Below, one piece after another: positions 37,449-48,482 of a DNA stretch of 64,000 bases (its first letter is position 1; each line of letters opens with the position of its first letter). Made by a program: the position numbers and the translations under genes. Below the pieces are notes generated by a model. The model did no database searches and was not told the DNA's origin. It saw nothing but the letters and a program-made list of their open reading frames with translations. Origin of the DNA: Ascoidea asiatica JCM 7603 (taxonomy: Eukaryota > Fungi > Ascomycota); NCBI GenBank assembly GCA_001600695.1, contig BCKQ01000005.1, forward strand, positions 921,820 through 985,819, in the 5' to 3' direction.

Positions 37449-37991
37449 TTCAACAATTATGAAAATTCTAATTATAATGGGAACAAAAGTAGAAGATCTA
37501 ATGATTCAAATGTAGGAGTAAAGAATAGACTAATTGCAAAAAGTGGTATATTACCACGAGGTCCTGGCCAGCATAATATTCCAGTGCCTAGTAAATCAGG
37601 GGAATTAAGTGATGAAAATATGAATAGATATTCATCTCTGAATTCAGTTCCGAAAGCAAATAAAAATAATAGAGATTATCAAAATACTAATTCCAATAGT
37701 AATACTATTATCAATAATAGTAATAGTAATCAACATGATAATCATATCAATAGCAATGGTAATTGGAACGATAAAAATTTCAATAGGAGTAACAATGAGA
37801 AAAGTTATGGAAATTTTTCTAATAATACTAATAATTATAACAATGCTAACACTAATATAAATAATCAACAAAATAATCAGCAAAACAATCAACAAATTAA
37901 TCGGCAAAGTAATCAACAAAATAATCAACCAAATAATCAACAAAGGGCAAATATCGATAGAAGGTACGAAAACATGGAAGACTTTTACTGA
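31245..37991 (+). CDS. SEN1: Sen1 SF1 RNA/DNA helicase (NNS termination)
   Basis: SEN1 N-domain, QGPPGTGKT, CAPSNAAVDE, DEACQ, QYRMHP, DGFQGQEKD, RRMNVGLTRA. Confidence 0.97.
37371..37448 (+). repeat. (AAT)26 coding microsatellite (poly-Asn) in SEN1
   Basis: Perfect trinucleotide run. Confidence 0.95.
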
Positions 37992-39144
37992 ATCTATGCA
38001 ACTTTCTGAAGAAGAACTATTTAAGCGATCTCTTTGGAAAGTTCAATTCTTTCATATTATTTTTTAATTCAATATCATGTATTATATGTTTTTTATAACG
38101 AAATATATTTAAATAAAAACCTCTTGCAGGAAATAATTTTGCTTGATTATTTTGTTTTTTGAAACACTGGTACTTTAATTTAGAGAATTTTGGGAAAATT
38201 AAAGATTTGGGGAAGGTCTTGTATGAAGCCCAGGCCTACAGTTAAAGTTTGAGAAAGTGTGGAGATTTACGAACGATAATAGTGGTGGTTCAGGGTGCAT
38301 GTTCAAAGGAGTGATTCCTATTCTATTTCCGGCGTTTTGATACTTACTACTGTGTAAAAACGCGGTACACTTTATATATACACTAATATGCATGTGCCCA
38401 CTAACCACCTGTACAGTTCGGCGTGTTTTGATGTTCCTGAGAAATATACCATTTTTAAGGGGTCATCATTAATACACTAGCCATCTATGGATAGCCCTTA
38501 AGTGAAGGAAACAGTGACCACATAACCCGAGAGAGTGTTGTGGACAACACATGAATGTCAGCCTGAATTAGGCTTGAAATTAGTGCTGATAATTATATTT
38601 AGTGGCTAGAAAAGCTCGTGATAGTGCACTGGGTAGCACCTGCATATATTCTGGAGATCCTGGAGACATTCTAAAGCGGATTGGAGTTGGATTTGCGAAT
38701 CCGCATTGTCAACCTCCAAAATCCTTTCCTTTCCTTTTCCTGTTCTTGGTGACATTAAATCTTGAGTGAAAATATTTGAGCTCAATTTTTATCAACAAGT
38801 TAAAAATTATTTGAGTTAAACAGCTTTCCCAAAATTCGATTTCTTTAGTTTTTTCATTTCATATAATAGCTTTTGTTAATGCTTTTTTTTTTCCCCTTAT
38901 GTTATAATTTGAAATAATTCATACACAAATAATTTTATTGCTAACCTTACTTACTTTTTAGAAAAATAAAAACAAAAGAGTAAAGTATATATTACAAATT
39001 CCATTTTTTTATATTTTAGCAATCTGGAATTTAGTTTCAAAATTTAATACTTTTAAGTAAATAATTTTCAAAAAGAATACATTGAATCTGAAAAGATACT
39101 CACTTTAAGTTCAAAAAAAAATAAAATAGAAAAATATTTTACAA

Positions 39145-42100
39145 ATGAATATATTAGAAAGTCCTGAATCTTCGAAGGCTAGAGTGAATTCACTTGCTGC
39201 CATAATAAATGAAAAAGATGTCCCTATAATTGGGCAAGATCATACTAATAATGATACAAATGATACTGACACTAGTATGAGTATCGATGAAAATAATAAA
39301 TTCAATATTCCAAATATGTCTTATCAGTCAAGCAAAGATAACGATAAAGAAAAAAAAGACACAAATGGCTATAATCAAAATAACACTGAGAGTTTAAAAC
39401 ATTTTAATTCCGATGACTATAAAAGTAACCAACCTCAATCAATTGACTCTCAATCTATTTTCAATAAAAAAGAACCTCCAAGAAAAAGAAGTAAAGTTTC
39501 CAGAGCCTGTGATCATTGTCGTCGTAAAAAAGTACGTTGTGATGCTTTATTTGATCCAAAAACTAACAAAATTTCAAAACAATGTACTAACTGTTCCAAA
39601 GTGAATGATACATGTACATTTGAAAGAATTCCCTTAAAAAGAGGTCCTTCAAAAGGTTACTCGAGAGATTCTGATGAGCAATCTTCACGTCACTCTCGTA
39701 ATAATAGTGAAGGAACAATAAGGTCTCTGAAAAATAATTTACAAACTATTCAGCAATATTCGGGTCCAAATTCAAATATAAATTCTCCTACTTTACAAAA
39801 TAAATCTAATCAGCAATCTCAACTTCAACTACCATCACAATCACATTCGCAGCAAGAATTACAATCACAAATTCAAGCTCAATCTCTGATGAAAAACAGA
39901 GCTATTCCTATTTCCCTTGCCAAAAATTCCAATATTATACAATTACCACCAATAAGCTCTTTAGCAGGAGGGTCTAATGTTGGAAACTCTTCTATCACAG
40001 GACCTCCGAGACCAATATTATCCTCAAAAACCTCAAGATCTTCCCTTACTGGGGTTAATAGTATAAATTTAGGAAATTCTCAAAATATACCTATAAGACC
40101 TAGATCTCAATCCGGTCCATTAAGTAATGTTGATTCATCTAAAGCTTTCACAAATACGTTAAATTCTGATACATCTAATGGTCAATTTTGGAAAGTTCAA
40201 TATAATATACCTTTTCAAAAAAGAAACGATTCTTCTGATTCAGTTAGCAGTTTAAATTTTTCAAAATTTCAGCCGGCTCCTCAACCTCAATTTTCCAGTT
40301 TTCGTTCAGCTCCAGGTAATGGTGGCTTTAATGAGCCTGGTTTTATATCAGATTCTGATGACTCTGATTTTATTTCTAATCAAAAAAGAATCAGTAATAA
40401 TTTTTTGCAAAATTCTAGTTCGGGTAGTCAATTCTTAACCTCTAGAGATACTAAAATTACTTTAAGTCCTGCTGCCTCAATATCAAGTTTATCAAGTCTT
40501 AACCAAAACACAAGAGATCTTGATATTAGAAACTCACTGACTAATCAAATTCAATTTCAAAATTCACTAGTAAATCAAGCTCAACTTCAATCCCAGCAGC
40601 AACAACAACTGCAGCAGTTTCAATTCAATTTCTCACAACCTCCAGGTTCATCCCAACAAGGTTCAAATTTTCTATCTAATCCTCACTCAATAGAATCTTC
40701 AAAATCTCCTACAGGTTCCCAATTTCCCGGAGTAAATCAAAGACATGATAATTGCCAATTTCTAGAAACGAATTTAAATATTTATTACTCAACAATTCAT
40801 AAAAATTTTCCAATTCTTCCTATCAAACGAGCAACTTTCGAATCAATGTATACTTATATTTCAAGAATAGAGTCTTGTAGAGTTGTGATTAATTTGTTTA
40901 ATAATGTTTTACAATTTTTAATCAGTTATTTAAAAGGAGATAATATTAATATTATAGCTTTTAATTTGCCAAATAATTCCACTTTAACAGGAAGCTCTCT
41001 AGGAAATACCTCTTTTTTAATAAGAGATTTGATTCATCCTTTGTTATCCAAAATTTATCAAATTCATCCATCTATTACTTCCAATGCTTCTAGTTCTTCC
41101 GAAGCTGAAAATGCAAATCCTTCTACTATTTTAAATATATTTTTACTTATAACAGTTAATGTAGCAAGTTACATGGTTGTAATTTCAGGTGAAGAGTATT
41201 CTTTATGTTTTAATTTATCCTTTGCGATATTAAATCAGCTAAAAATTTTCAAAAATTTTAAATTATTAATGAATTCTAAGAAAGAATTGATTCAAAACTT
41301 TGGTGATATTAGTAGTGCTACCTTTAATGATGTAATGAAAGCGCTCAATTTAGATGATATTGATAATGTAAAACTAGTCTTTTCAAGACTATATATTACT
41401 TCGATAATCTTAGATAATTTAAATTCTCTTTCATTTGGATTGCCTAGATCATTCAGCTCTATAAGACTCGATCCGGAAATTATTCAATTTTTATTACCTT
41501 CTAATGAAGAAGAATTTACTTTTGCTTCTGATCATTATAAAGTTGGTATTCAACTTTGTTGTATCAATGATTTAAGTAATTTTAATTATGATAATTATGA
41601 CTTGGTAAAAACTGTTGACTGGGATAATACTAAAATATCTCAGAATAACAAATCAATATCAAGATATTTCTTTCTTTTCGTCAAACAAAAATTAGAATTT
41701 ATTGATGTTTTAAGTCAATGCTCCATGATAAAAATAGATACAAAGAATCGATTTGAAGACTACGAAGAAATTTTCGAAGAATATCAATCCAAATTGCATA
41801 GATCCTGTAAAAGATTAATTGGGACTATCTTATCTTTATTAACAACTGTTCAACATCAAAGAAGTTACACAGAAATTATAATACCTGGAAATAAAAGATT
41901 CGAAATTAAACTCTTGCAAACTCCTTTTTTACCATTAATTTTCAAACAGTCAGTCAAACTAACAAGTATAGTACAAATTGTTATTAATTCTATGGATTTT
42001 AATAAAGATGTTCTTAGTAGATCTTCGAAAATATTAAATGATATAATTTTAATCAATAATAACCTTTCAACTATAAAACCGTTTAATGAAACTTGCAATT

Positions 42101-42300
42101 ATAAGGTCACTAATTTTGATGTCATAAATAATAATCATCTTTCTACTGTTTATAAATCTCCGTATTTGAGTGAATTAGAAAACTATACCCAAAGAATTGG
42201 TCAGGGTGAAGCTCAGAAAGTGTTTATAATTTGGAAAAATTTGATTGCAGATTTGTTGAGACTGATCAGGGAAGATGATCTAGAAGGATGGTTACTTTAA
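39145..42300 (+). CDS. RGT1: Zn(II)2Cys6 glucose-responsive transcription factor Rgt1-like
   Basis: RKRSKVSRACDHCRRKKVRCD...CTNCSKVNDTCTFERIPLKRGPSKGY; FWKV motif; YYSTIHKNFPILP. Confidence 0.85.
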   Translation: MNILESPESSKARVNSLAAIINEKDVPIIGQDHTNNDTNDTDTSMSIDENNKFNIPNMSYQSSKDNDKEKKDTNGYNQNNTESLKHFNSDDYKSNQPQSIDSQSIFNKKEPPRKRSKVSRACDHCRRKKVRCDALFDPKTNKISKQCTNCSKVNDTCTFERIPLKRGPSKGYSRDSDEQSSRHSRNNSEGTIRSLKNNLQTIQQYSGPNSNINSPTLQNKSNQQSQLQLPSQSHSQQELQSQIQAQSLMKNRAIPISLAKNSNIIQLPPISSLAGGSNVGNSSITGPPRPILSSKTSRSSLTGVNSINLGNSQNIPIRPRSQSGPLSNVDSSKAFTNTLNSDTSNGQFWKVQYNIPFQKRNDSSDSVSSLNFSKFQPAPQPQFSSFRSAPGNGGFNEPGFISDSDDSDFISNQKRISNNFLQNSSSGSQFLTSRDTKITLSPAASISSLSSLNQNTRDLDIRNSLTNQIQFQNSLVNQAQLQSQQQQQLQQFQFNFSQPPGSSQQGSNFLSNPHSIESSKSPTGSQFPGVNQRHDNCQFLETNLNIYYSTIHKNFPILPIKRATFESMYTYISRIESCRVVINLFNNVLQFLISYLKGDNINIIAFNLPNNSTLTGSSLGNTSFLIRDLIHPLLSKIYQIHPSITSNASSSSEAENANPSTILNIFLLITVNVASYMVVISGEEYSLCFNLSFAILNQLKIFKNFKLLMNSKKELIQNFGDISSATFNDVMKALNLDDIDNVKLVFSRLYITSIILDNLNSLSFGLPRSFSSIRLDPEIIQFLLPSNEEEFTFASDHYKVGIQLCCINDLSNFNYDNYDLVKTVDWDNTKISQNNKSISRYFFLFVKQKLEFIDVLSQCSMIKIDTKNRFEDYEEIFEEYQSKLHRSCKRLIGTILSLLTTVQHQRSYTEIIIPGNKRFEIKLLQTPFLPLIFKQSVKLTSIVQIVINSMDFNKDVLSRSSKILNDIILINNNLSTIKPFNETCNYKVTNFDVINNNHLSTVYKSPYLSELENYTQRIGQGEAQKVFIIWKNLIADLLRLIREDDLEGWLL

Positions 42301-42497
42301 TGTATTATTGCAAAACAAATTAATACTTTTTTTTCTACGCTTTTGATGAGGTTTTTTTTTCATTTTATACTTTAATTTCACGTCTTTTTTTTGGTTCTAT
42401 GATTATGATAATACTTTTTATATTCATAAACTACAATAATTATTAAAAGTAATTTATTTTGTAATTTTTTTTATTTATAACGAAAGTAAATTATTGT

Positions 42498-43634
42498 TCA
42501 TCTTCCAGTTTCGCCCCTAGTTTTTTTCCATTCTTCAGACCCACTTATTCTTCCTTCTGTCTTTTGTTCAATTACAGAGGAAAAAGGGTTTTCATTTTCT
42601 TCTAAAAGTAATTTTTTTCCTTTCAATCTTCGAAACTCAATATTGTCTCTTATGCAAGCATTGAATTTATCATCTCCATCCAAGAAAAATTTCGCTTTAA
42701 CATTAAGAAAAACAATCAATTTTTTCAATGATTCTTCACTAATCGCTTTTCTCATAGATTGCTTTACCAAATATTTAGAAGATAAATCTCGAAAGTTTTC
42801 CTTGCTTATACCAAAAACATAGCTCATTTTTTTCCCCCAATTTTTAGTATACAAACTTGGCTCGTTATAACAATTTTCACAAGAGTCAAGATGTATCCAA
42901 TTTTTTAATGAACTAGAATAATATTCATTCCAAACATGATCTTCTTTATTCCAGATATATCTGGCATTTAACCCAAAAGCTCTTAAAACTAACATAAAGC
43001 AATTTGCCCATTCACCACATCGCCCTTTTTTTGTTGTTAATAATGTTTTTGGATTATTATATCTAGGAAACATAATATTTTGTTTACATTTTCTACATTT
43101 GTAACACTCAACATTTATTTTTTCTCCATCTTCTGTGAGTGTGGATTTATTTCCAATAGCATCAATTTGACTTTCATCTGTATTTAAACAAGTTTGATTC
43201 TCACAATGAGGTTTATTAACCCATATAAAAAAATCATTTTTGAACCAATTTAGCAACTCCATTGCAAGAAAGTCTTCATGATTGTATAACAAAAATTCCT
43301 TTTCATCTTTTTTATCTTTATTATCTTTATTTGTAGCGATGTTTTGTTTCTTTGTCTCCTGTTCTTTAAGTCTTTTATCAATATTCTGATAAATTTTTTC
43401 AATATCCACAACTTCAAATACCTTTTCTTGATAATCGATATTTTCATACTTTTGAATCATATCTGATAAATTCATTATCTGAGACACAAATGGTGTCATA
43501 GGAATATGATCTTTAACATCTTTAGTTAGGGAAAAATATGTTTCATCAATACTTTCAAAAACATATTTACGATATGCTTGAATAAGCTCAGTAGAAAAGT
43601 TTTTAAATGAATCCTTATTTTGAGATGAAGCCAT
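42498..43634 (-). CDS. PNG1: Peptide:N-glycanase
   Basis: LLNWFKNDFF, Zn-binding Cys pairs, FPRYN, GRCGEW, EDHVW, HLDSCE. Confidence 0.95.
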   Translation of the reverse strand: MASSQNKDSFKNFSTELIQAYRKYVFESIDETYFSLTKDVKDHIPMTPFVSQIMNLSDMIQKYENIDYQEKVFEVVDIEKIYQNIDKRLKEQETKKQNIATNKDNKDKKDEKEFLLYNHEDFLAMELLNWFKNDFFIWVNKPHCENQTCLNTDESQIDAIGNKSTLTEDGEKINVECYKCRKCKQNIMFPRYNNPKTLLTTKKGRCGEWANCFMLVLRAFGLNARYIWNKEDHVWNEYYSSSLKNWIHLDSCENCYNEPSLYTKNWGKKMSYVFGISKENFRDLSSKYLVKQSMRKAISEESLKKLIVFLNVKAKFFLDGDDKFNACIRDNIEFRRLKGKKLLLEENENPFSSVIEQKTEGRISGSEEWKKTRGETGR

Positions 43635-43998
43635 TATTGGAAGTGAGATTTTGTTGGTTTTTATTCAAATTATTTTAGATTGATTATGAAGAAGCTTTAA
43701 TTGAGATAATATATTTAGTTAACTGATAAAGGCATTGCTTTCTCATATTTATCTGGTAACATTAGCTACAGTAGTAATAATTGTTATCTTGGTTTTAAGA
43801 AAAGTGAAAGGGTTTCTTGACCGTGGAACAAATTGACATTCATTTCTTTCCATCGAATATCATTAACACTCAAAATAAATCAAAATGAAATCTAAACGTT
43901 CAAAGCACCATTTTGATGCATTATTCATCAAGTTCATTTAATCAAACTCTAATCCTTATGAAAGAGCTGTAAGGTGATAGCTTTTAGGTTAAAGAGAG

Positions 43999-44322
43999 AT
44001 GAATAATCATATGGCCAACAACATAAAAGAAGATACTGGTAAACGATTATTATATTATGGAATTTTAATACTTTTTTCAACATTTTTATTCACATTTCTT
44101 TCTTTAGGCTTGGTTTTGAATCTCTGGGATCCATTCAATTTAAGATATATACTAAACTACAACATTTTCAATTCTGATTATCCTTCTGATTTTCCTGTGG
44201 AAGATTATTATCTTTATGCTTTATTAGCATTGCCTATAATTCTTTGGGTTTGGGTTGGGTTTTCTTGGTTAGGAATGAATCTTTTCACACATGCTAAAGG
44301 TGCTGGTAATGATGATAGTTGA
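43999..44322 (+). CDS. ERI1: GPI-GlcNAc transferase subunit Eri1/PIG-Y
   Basis: Two hydrophobic segments with DYY...WVW...SWLGMNLFTHAKG. PNG1-ERI1-MSY1 order matches S. cerevisiae chr XVI. Confidence 0.8.
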   Translation: MNNHMANNIKEDTGKRLLYYGILILFSTFLFTFLSLGLVLNLWDPFNLRYILNYNIFNSDYPSDFPVEDYYLYALLALPIILWVWVGFSWLGMNLFTHAKGAGNDDS

Positions 44323-44456
44323 TTATTTAAAAAATTTAAATTTTACTTTTACAATTCGTTTTGGAAACTAAATAATTTGGAACTAAAACAAAAAAAAATT
44401 TATATACAAAATGTTATTTGGTATTATTCTATTTACAACTTTCTAATCATTCATAA

Positions 44457-46013
44457 TTAGACAGCCTCAATTATACAGTATTGTGATTTTCCAACTCTTA
44501 TAAATAACAATTGATTTTCTATTAAGTCATCTTTTTGACAGATATCAGATTCTTTTTCTATTCTTTTTCTTTCTTTTCCGATATATACTGAACCACTTCT
44601 AATCAAATTCTTAGCCTGACTTTTAGAACTACATAACTTTTCATTTATTAAAATATCAACAAATTTTTTTCCTATGATTTCGTCTCTATTCCTTTCTTCT
44701 AAAAGCTTGCCACATTTAGATATGACCTCATTAGAATTATATGTGTTTTCACTATTGTATAAAACATTTGAAAAAGTTAAACATGATAGAAGAGCTTCTT
44801 GACCATGAATTGCTCTGATAAATTCACAAGTAAAAATTTTTTGGGCATAACGATCTTCAGGATTTTTATTATGTTCAATCATAATTTCATTGATTTGTTT
44901 CAAAGGTATAAATGTAAAAATTTTTAATAATTTCTCAATATCAGAATCTTCAGTTTTAATCAAAAAATTGTATAATTCCCAAACAGATTTTATTTTATCC
45001 TTTTGACCAATAAAAACAGCATTTCCAGCACTTTTACCAAATTTTGCACCACTTGATGTAGTTAATAATGGAACAGTTAATCCAAAACATGGAGTTTCTA
45101 ATAATTCATTAATTTTTTGTTTTTCTTCAATTATTTCTTTATGAAGGTTATCACTAAGTAATTGATTTTTATTTTTTAGTGTTTTTATTCGAGAAATTAA
45201 ATCAATTCCTGCTGTTATATTTCCCCATTGATCACTTCCTCCAACTTGAACAGAACAATTAAATTCTTTAAATAAATGATAAAAATCATATGCTTGTAAT
45301 ATTTGATAAGTAAATTCATTAAAACTAATACCATTATTTGAGTTTAATCTACTTTTAACACTATTTCTTGCTAACATTGAATTAACTCTTATTAGTTTAC
45401 CATATTCATTTAAAAATGAAACCATATTAATAGATTTCCACCAAGAATAATTATTCATTTTTTTCAATTGACCAGTTTCTTCAATATTCATTCCACCATC
45501 TTTAATATAAAGATTATAACTTTTTAAAAAATATTCTAAATGATGATCTATACCAGTTGTATTACTTATTCTAGTATCATAACCCATAGAATCTCTTTCA
45601 GTTAATCTACCTGAAGGATCACCTACAAAACTCGTTGCTTCTCCAACAAGTCCAATTATATGATGACCTCTTATATTAAAATGTAATAAAACCATTAATG
45701 GTAACAAATTTCCTAAATGTAAAGAAGCTGCCGTTGGATCTACTCCACAATATAAAGTAAGTTTTTTTTTATTTTTTGATTCTAAAACAGTATTTAGCAA
45801 ATCACTTGTGACAGTATTCAAAAGGTATCTATCTTTTAAATTATTCAATAAAGGTTTTGATAATTCATTTTTAAATTCAACTTTATCAATTTTGAAATCC
45901 AAGAAATGCTCATCAGATCTAGAAGAATAAAAGCTTTTTATAATAAGTGAAGTTGAATTTAGTCTGAACCTAGGTACATTCAACCATCTTTGAGTTCTAA
46001 AGCTTGATAACAT
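44457..46013 (-). CDS. MSY1: Mitochondrial tyrosyl-tRNA synthetase
   Basis: YCGVDPTAASLHLGN, EFTYQILQAYDF, QVGGSDQWGNI, KFGKSAGNA, C-terminal S4-like domain. Confidence 0.96.
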   Translation of the reverse strand: MLSSFRTQRWLNVPRFRLNSTSLIIKSFYSSRSDEHFLDFKIDKVEFKNELSKPLLNNLKDRYLLNTVTSDLLNTVLESKNKKKLTLYCGVDPTAASLHLGNLLPLMVLLHFNIRGHHIIGLVGEATSFVGDPSGRLTERDSMGYDTRISNTTGIDHHLEYFLKSYNLYIKDGGMNIEETGQLKKMNNYSWWKSINMVSFLNEYGKLIRVNSMLARNSVKSRLNSNNGISFNEFTYQILQAYDFYHLFKEFNCSVQVGGSDQWGNITAGIDLISRIKTLKNKNQLLSDNLHKEIIEEKQKINELLETPCFGLTVPLLTTSSGAKFGKSAGNAVFIGQKDKIKSVWELYNFLIKTEDSDIEKLLKIFTFIPLKQINEIMIEHNKNPEDRYAQKIFTCEFIRAIHGQEALLSCLTFSNVLYNSENTYNSNEVISKCGKLLEERNRDEIIGKKFVDILINEKLCSSKSQAKNLIRSGSVYIGKERKRIEKESDICQKDDLIENQLLFIRVGKSQYCIIEAV

Positions 46014-46372
46014 CCTGGAAAAAATAAATTATTAAACATTTATATACTCAATTGAATATTAGTTTTGAGAATCTAATCAATAATATTTCATTGAAAAATC
46101 TCAAACTTCAAGATGGTATGGTAAATAAAGCTTTCTTTTTTTTGTCATAACTTTTAACTGTTACAGTCCGAGGACTCATTAATGAAGAATTCCAAGAATC
46201 GATCAGCTGATATGGACCGGTAAAGGAAAAGTTTACCTTATTAAAGTGGGAGCTTGTTTAACTAAATAACCTAAAGTATGATAATTCCCTGTAATAAACA
46301 ATATATTAGTGGAATACAGTACCTCGTATTTCCTTTAGTATTCGAATATTTACCATTTTAGGAAATTATACT

Positions 46373-46422
46373 ATTATATTATATTATATTATATTATATT
46401 ATATTATATTATATTATATTAT
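46373..46422. repeat. (TATTA)n pentanucleotide microsatellite, about 10 copies
   Basis: Visible tandem run. Confidence 0.9.
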
Positions 46423-46535
46423 ACAGTTTTACACTTTTTTTTATATAATTAACTTAAAGCTACAGAATAATCATTAACTAAATGAAATATAGTATAAATG
46501 AAATAATTATAAATTATTAAAGAATTAATTAAATT

Positions 46536-48482
46536 TTAATCATGAACAGCATAATAATTATAATAATTATTATTATATAACCAATTTTCTTTATCTAACT
46601 TTTCAATTATATTTTTAAAAGTATAAATTACAGTATTTTTATCAACATCATTAAAAATTTTATTTTTTTTAAATTTTTGTTTTTTAATTTTTTGTAATTC
46701 TTTATTAAAATCATTATCAATTTCTAAAAATTCTTTCATTTCAATTGGATTTAAATCTTTTAAAAATTTTTTATTAATTTTTGAATTTTCACTAGAAAAT
46801 ATTTTTTTTAATTTTTTTAAATTTTTATTATTTTCTAAATCATTAAGTATTAAATGATTATTATTTGATAATTTTGGTGATAAAGAAGATTGTAAAGAAA
46901 TTGGTAAAGGGGCATTAATAGTTGAATTTGAATTTGAATTTGAATTTGAATTTGAATTATTTGAACTTCTTATATTAAAGTTTCTAATTGCATCAGTAAA
47001 TTTATTTTTTTTATCAATTTTATTAATATTAATTTTATTATTATTAATTTTATTATTATTTATATAAGTTATACTTTTTCTAATTTTACTTGGAGGTTTT
47101 AATTCATCTTTTGTATAATTTGGAATAGAAATAATATCATCTAAAATTTCATAAAGTTTATCTTCATTAGAATTTTGAAAATAATTAATATTAGATAATG
47201 AATTTTTAAATTTTTCTCTTTCTTTTTCTTTTTGTTTATTATTAATAATATGATTATCATTAAACTTTTTTTTATCTTGATCTTTAATAATATTATTATC
47301 TTTATTACGTTTTGAATTTAAATTTCTTAAAGCATTTTCAAAAGTATCATTTAAAGAAGAATTTATTGAAGAATTAAAAGAAGAAAGACCAATTCCCATA
47401 CCATAAATTGAATCATCATTTTCTAAATTATAATTACTACCATAAGTTAAATCATTTTCAAAACCATTACCAAAACCATTATTAAAAGTATTACCAAAAG
47501 TATTATTGAAAGCATTATTTGTAGTGGGATTATTAGAGAATTTAGCTCCGAAATAATAATGATAATCATCATCATCGTCATCATCATCATCATCATCGTC
47601 GTCATTGTCATCATCATCATAATCATCATCATAATCATTCTCATAGTCTTGAATATTATCATTAAGTTCATCACTATATATATGATTATAATTTGTATTA
47701 TGATTAGCATAATAATAATCATTATTATTATTATTATTATTATCATTGAATAATTCAGAGATATGTTTATTGGAGATATTTGAATTATTAGATCTATAAT
47801 CATTATAATTTTGAATATTTATATTATTTACATTATCATTTATACTATTATTTATATTATTATTTATATTTATACTTGTATTATTATTTTGAAATTCTTT
47901 ATCTTTACCAATTTTTTGAGGATGTTCTCTTTTTCTTTTTCTAAAAAAAATTCTTGAAACATTTTCAGCTTGTTTAAAAGATTGTAATTTAGATTCTCTT
48001 ATAGGTAAACCATCAGTGAATACTGAATATAAAAATTGATCTCTGAGATGATTTACTTCATTTGATATTACATTATTCTCAAAGTTATGATTATTTTTAT
48101 TGTTATTATTATCTTTATTTCCTTTTAATGCAAATATATTAGCATTATTAGATTCATTTATATTATCTGGAGTTGAGGTATTAATATCTTTCTCTTTTTC
48201 TTTACCTTTATCCTTTTCAATTTCAAATTCATTTTCAATTTGTTTCTCTTTCTGTTTATCAATTCCAATTGATATATTTAACTTTGATTTTTCATTAGTT
48301 TGAGATTTTGTTGTATATTTATTATTTAAAGATTTTGATTTTGAGAAAAGTGGAGGAGTACTTGTAATATCTTTATCAGAAGTATATGAATCATTTAATT
48401 TACTTCGTGAAGACTTGACATGAAATAATCTTCTACCTTCAGAATTATCATGTTTGCTTGAAGAGCCTGATCTATAAGGCAT
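46536..48482 (-). CDS. APC9: Anaphase-promoting complex subunit Apc9-like, heavily expanded with Asn/Asp tracts
   Basis: QFLYSVFTDGLPIRESKLQSFKQAE resembles recalled S. cerevisiae Apc9 QYDYSPFCERNTLRESRIDSFLKAE, and ISIPNYTKDEL resembles ESVPGCNKEDL. First ATG at 48482. Confidence 0.6.
   Translation of the reverse strand: MPYRSGSSSKHDNSEGRRLFHVKSSRSKLNDSYTSDKDITSTPPLFSKSKSLNNKYTTKSQTNEKSKLNISIGIDKQKEKQIENEFEIEKDKGKEKEKDINTSTPDNINESNNANIFALKGNKDNNNNKNNHNFENNVISNEVNHLRDQFLYSVFTDGLPIRESKLQSFKQAENVSRIFFRKRKREHPQKIGKDKEFQNNNTSININNNINNSINDNVNNINIQNYNDYRSNNSNISNKHISELFNDNNNNNNNDYYYANHNTNYNHIYSDELNDNIQDYENDYDDDYDDDDNDDDDDDDDDDDDDYHYYFGAKFSNNPTTNNAFNNTFGNTFNNGFGNGFENDLTYGSNYNLENDDSIYGMGIGLSSFNSSINSSLNDTFENALRNLNSKRNKDNNIIKDQDKKKFNDNHIINNKQKEKEREKFKNSLSNINYFQNSNEDKLYEILDDIISIPNYTKDELKPPSKIRKSITYINNNKINNNKININKIDKKNKFTDAIRNFNIRSSNNSNSNSNSNSNSTINAPLPISLQSSLSPKLSNNNHLILNDLENNKNLKKLKKIFSSENSKINKKFLKDLNPIEMKEFLEIDNDFNKELQKIKKQKFKKNKIFNDVDKNTVIYTFKNIIEKLDKENWLYNNNYYNYYAVHD

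Noticed and set aside
38435-38460. CTGAGAAATATACC resembling a TPP riboswitch
   Set aside because: The downstream GAACYTGAT..TAAT..GCG core is missing and there is no thiamine gene nearby.
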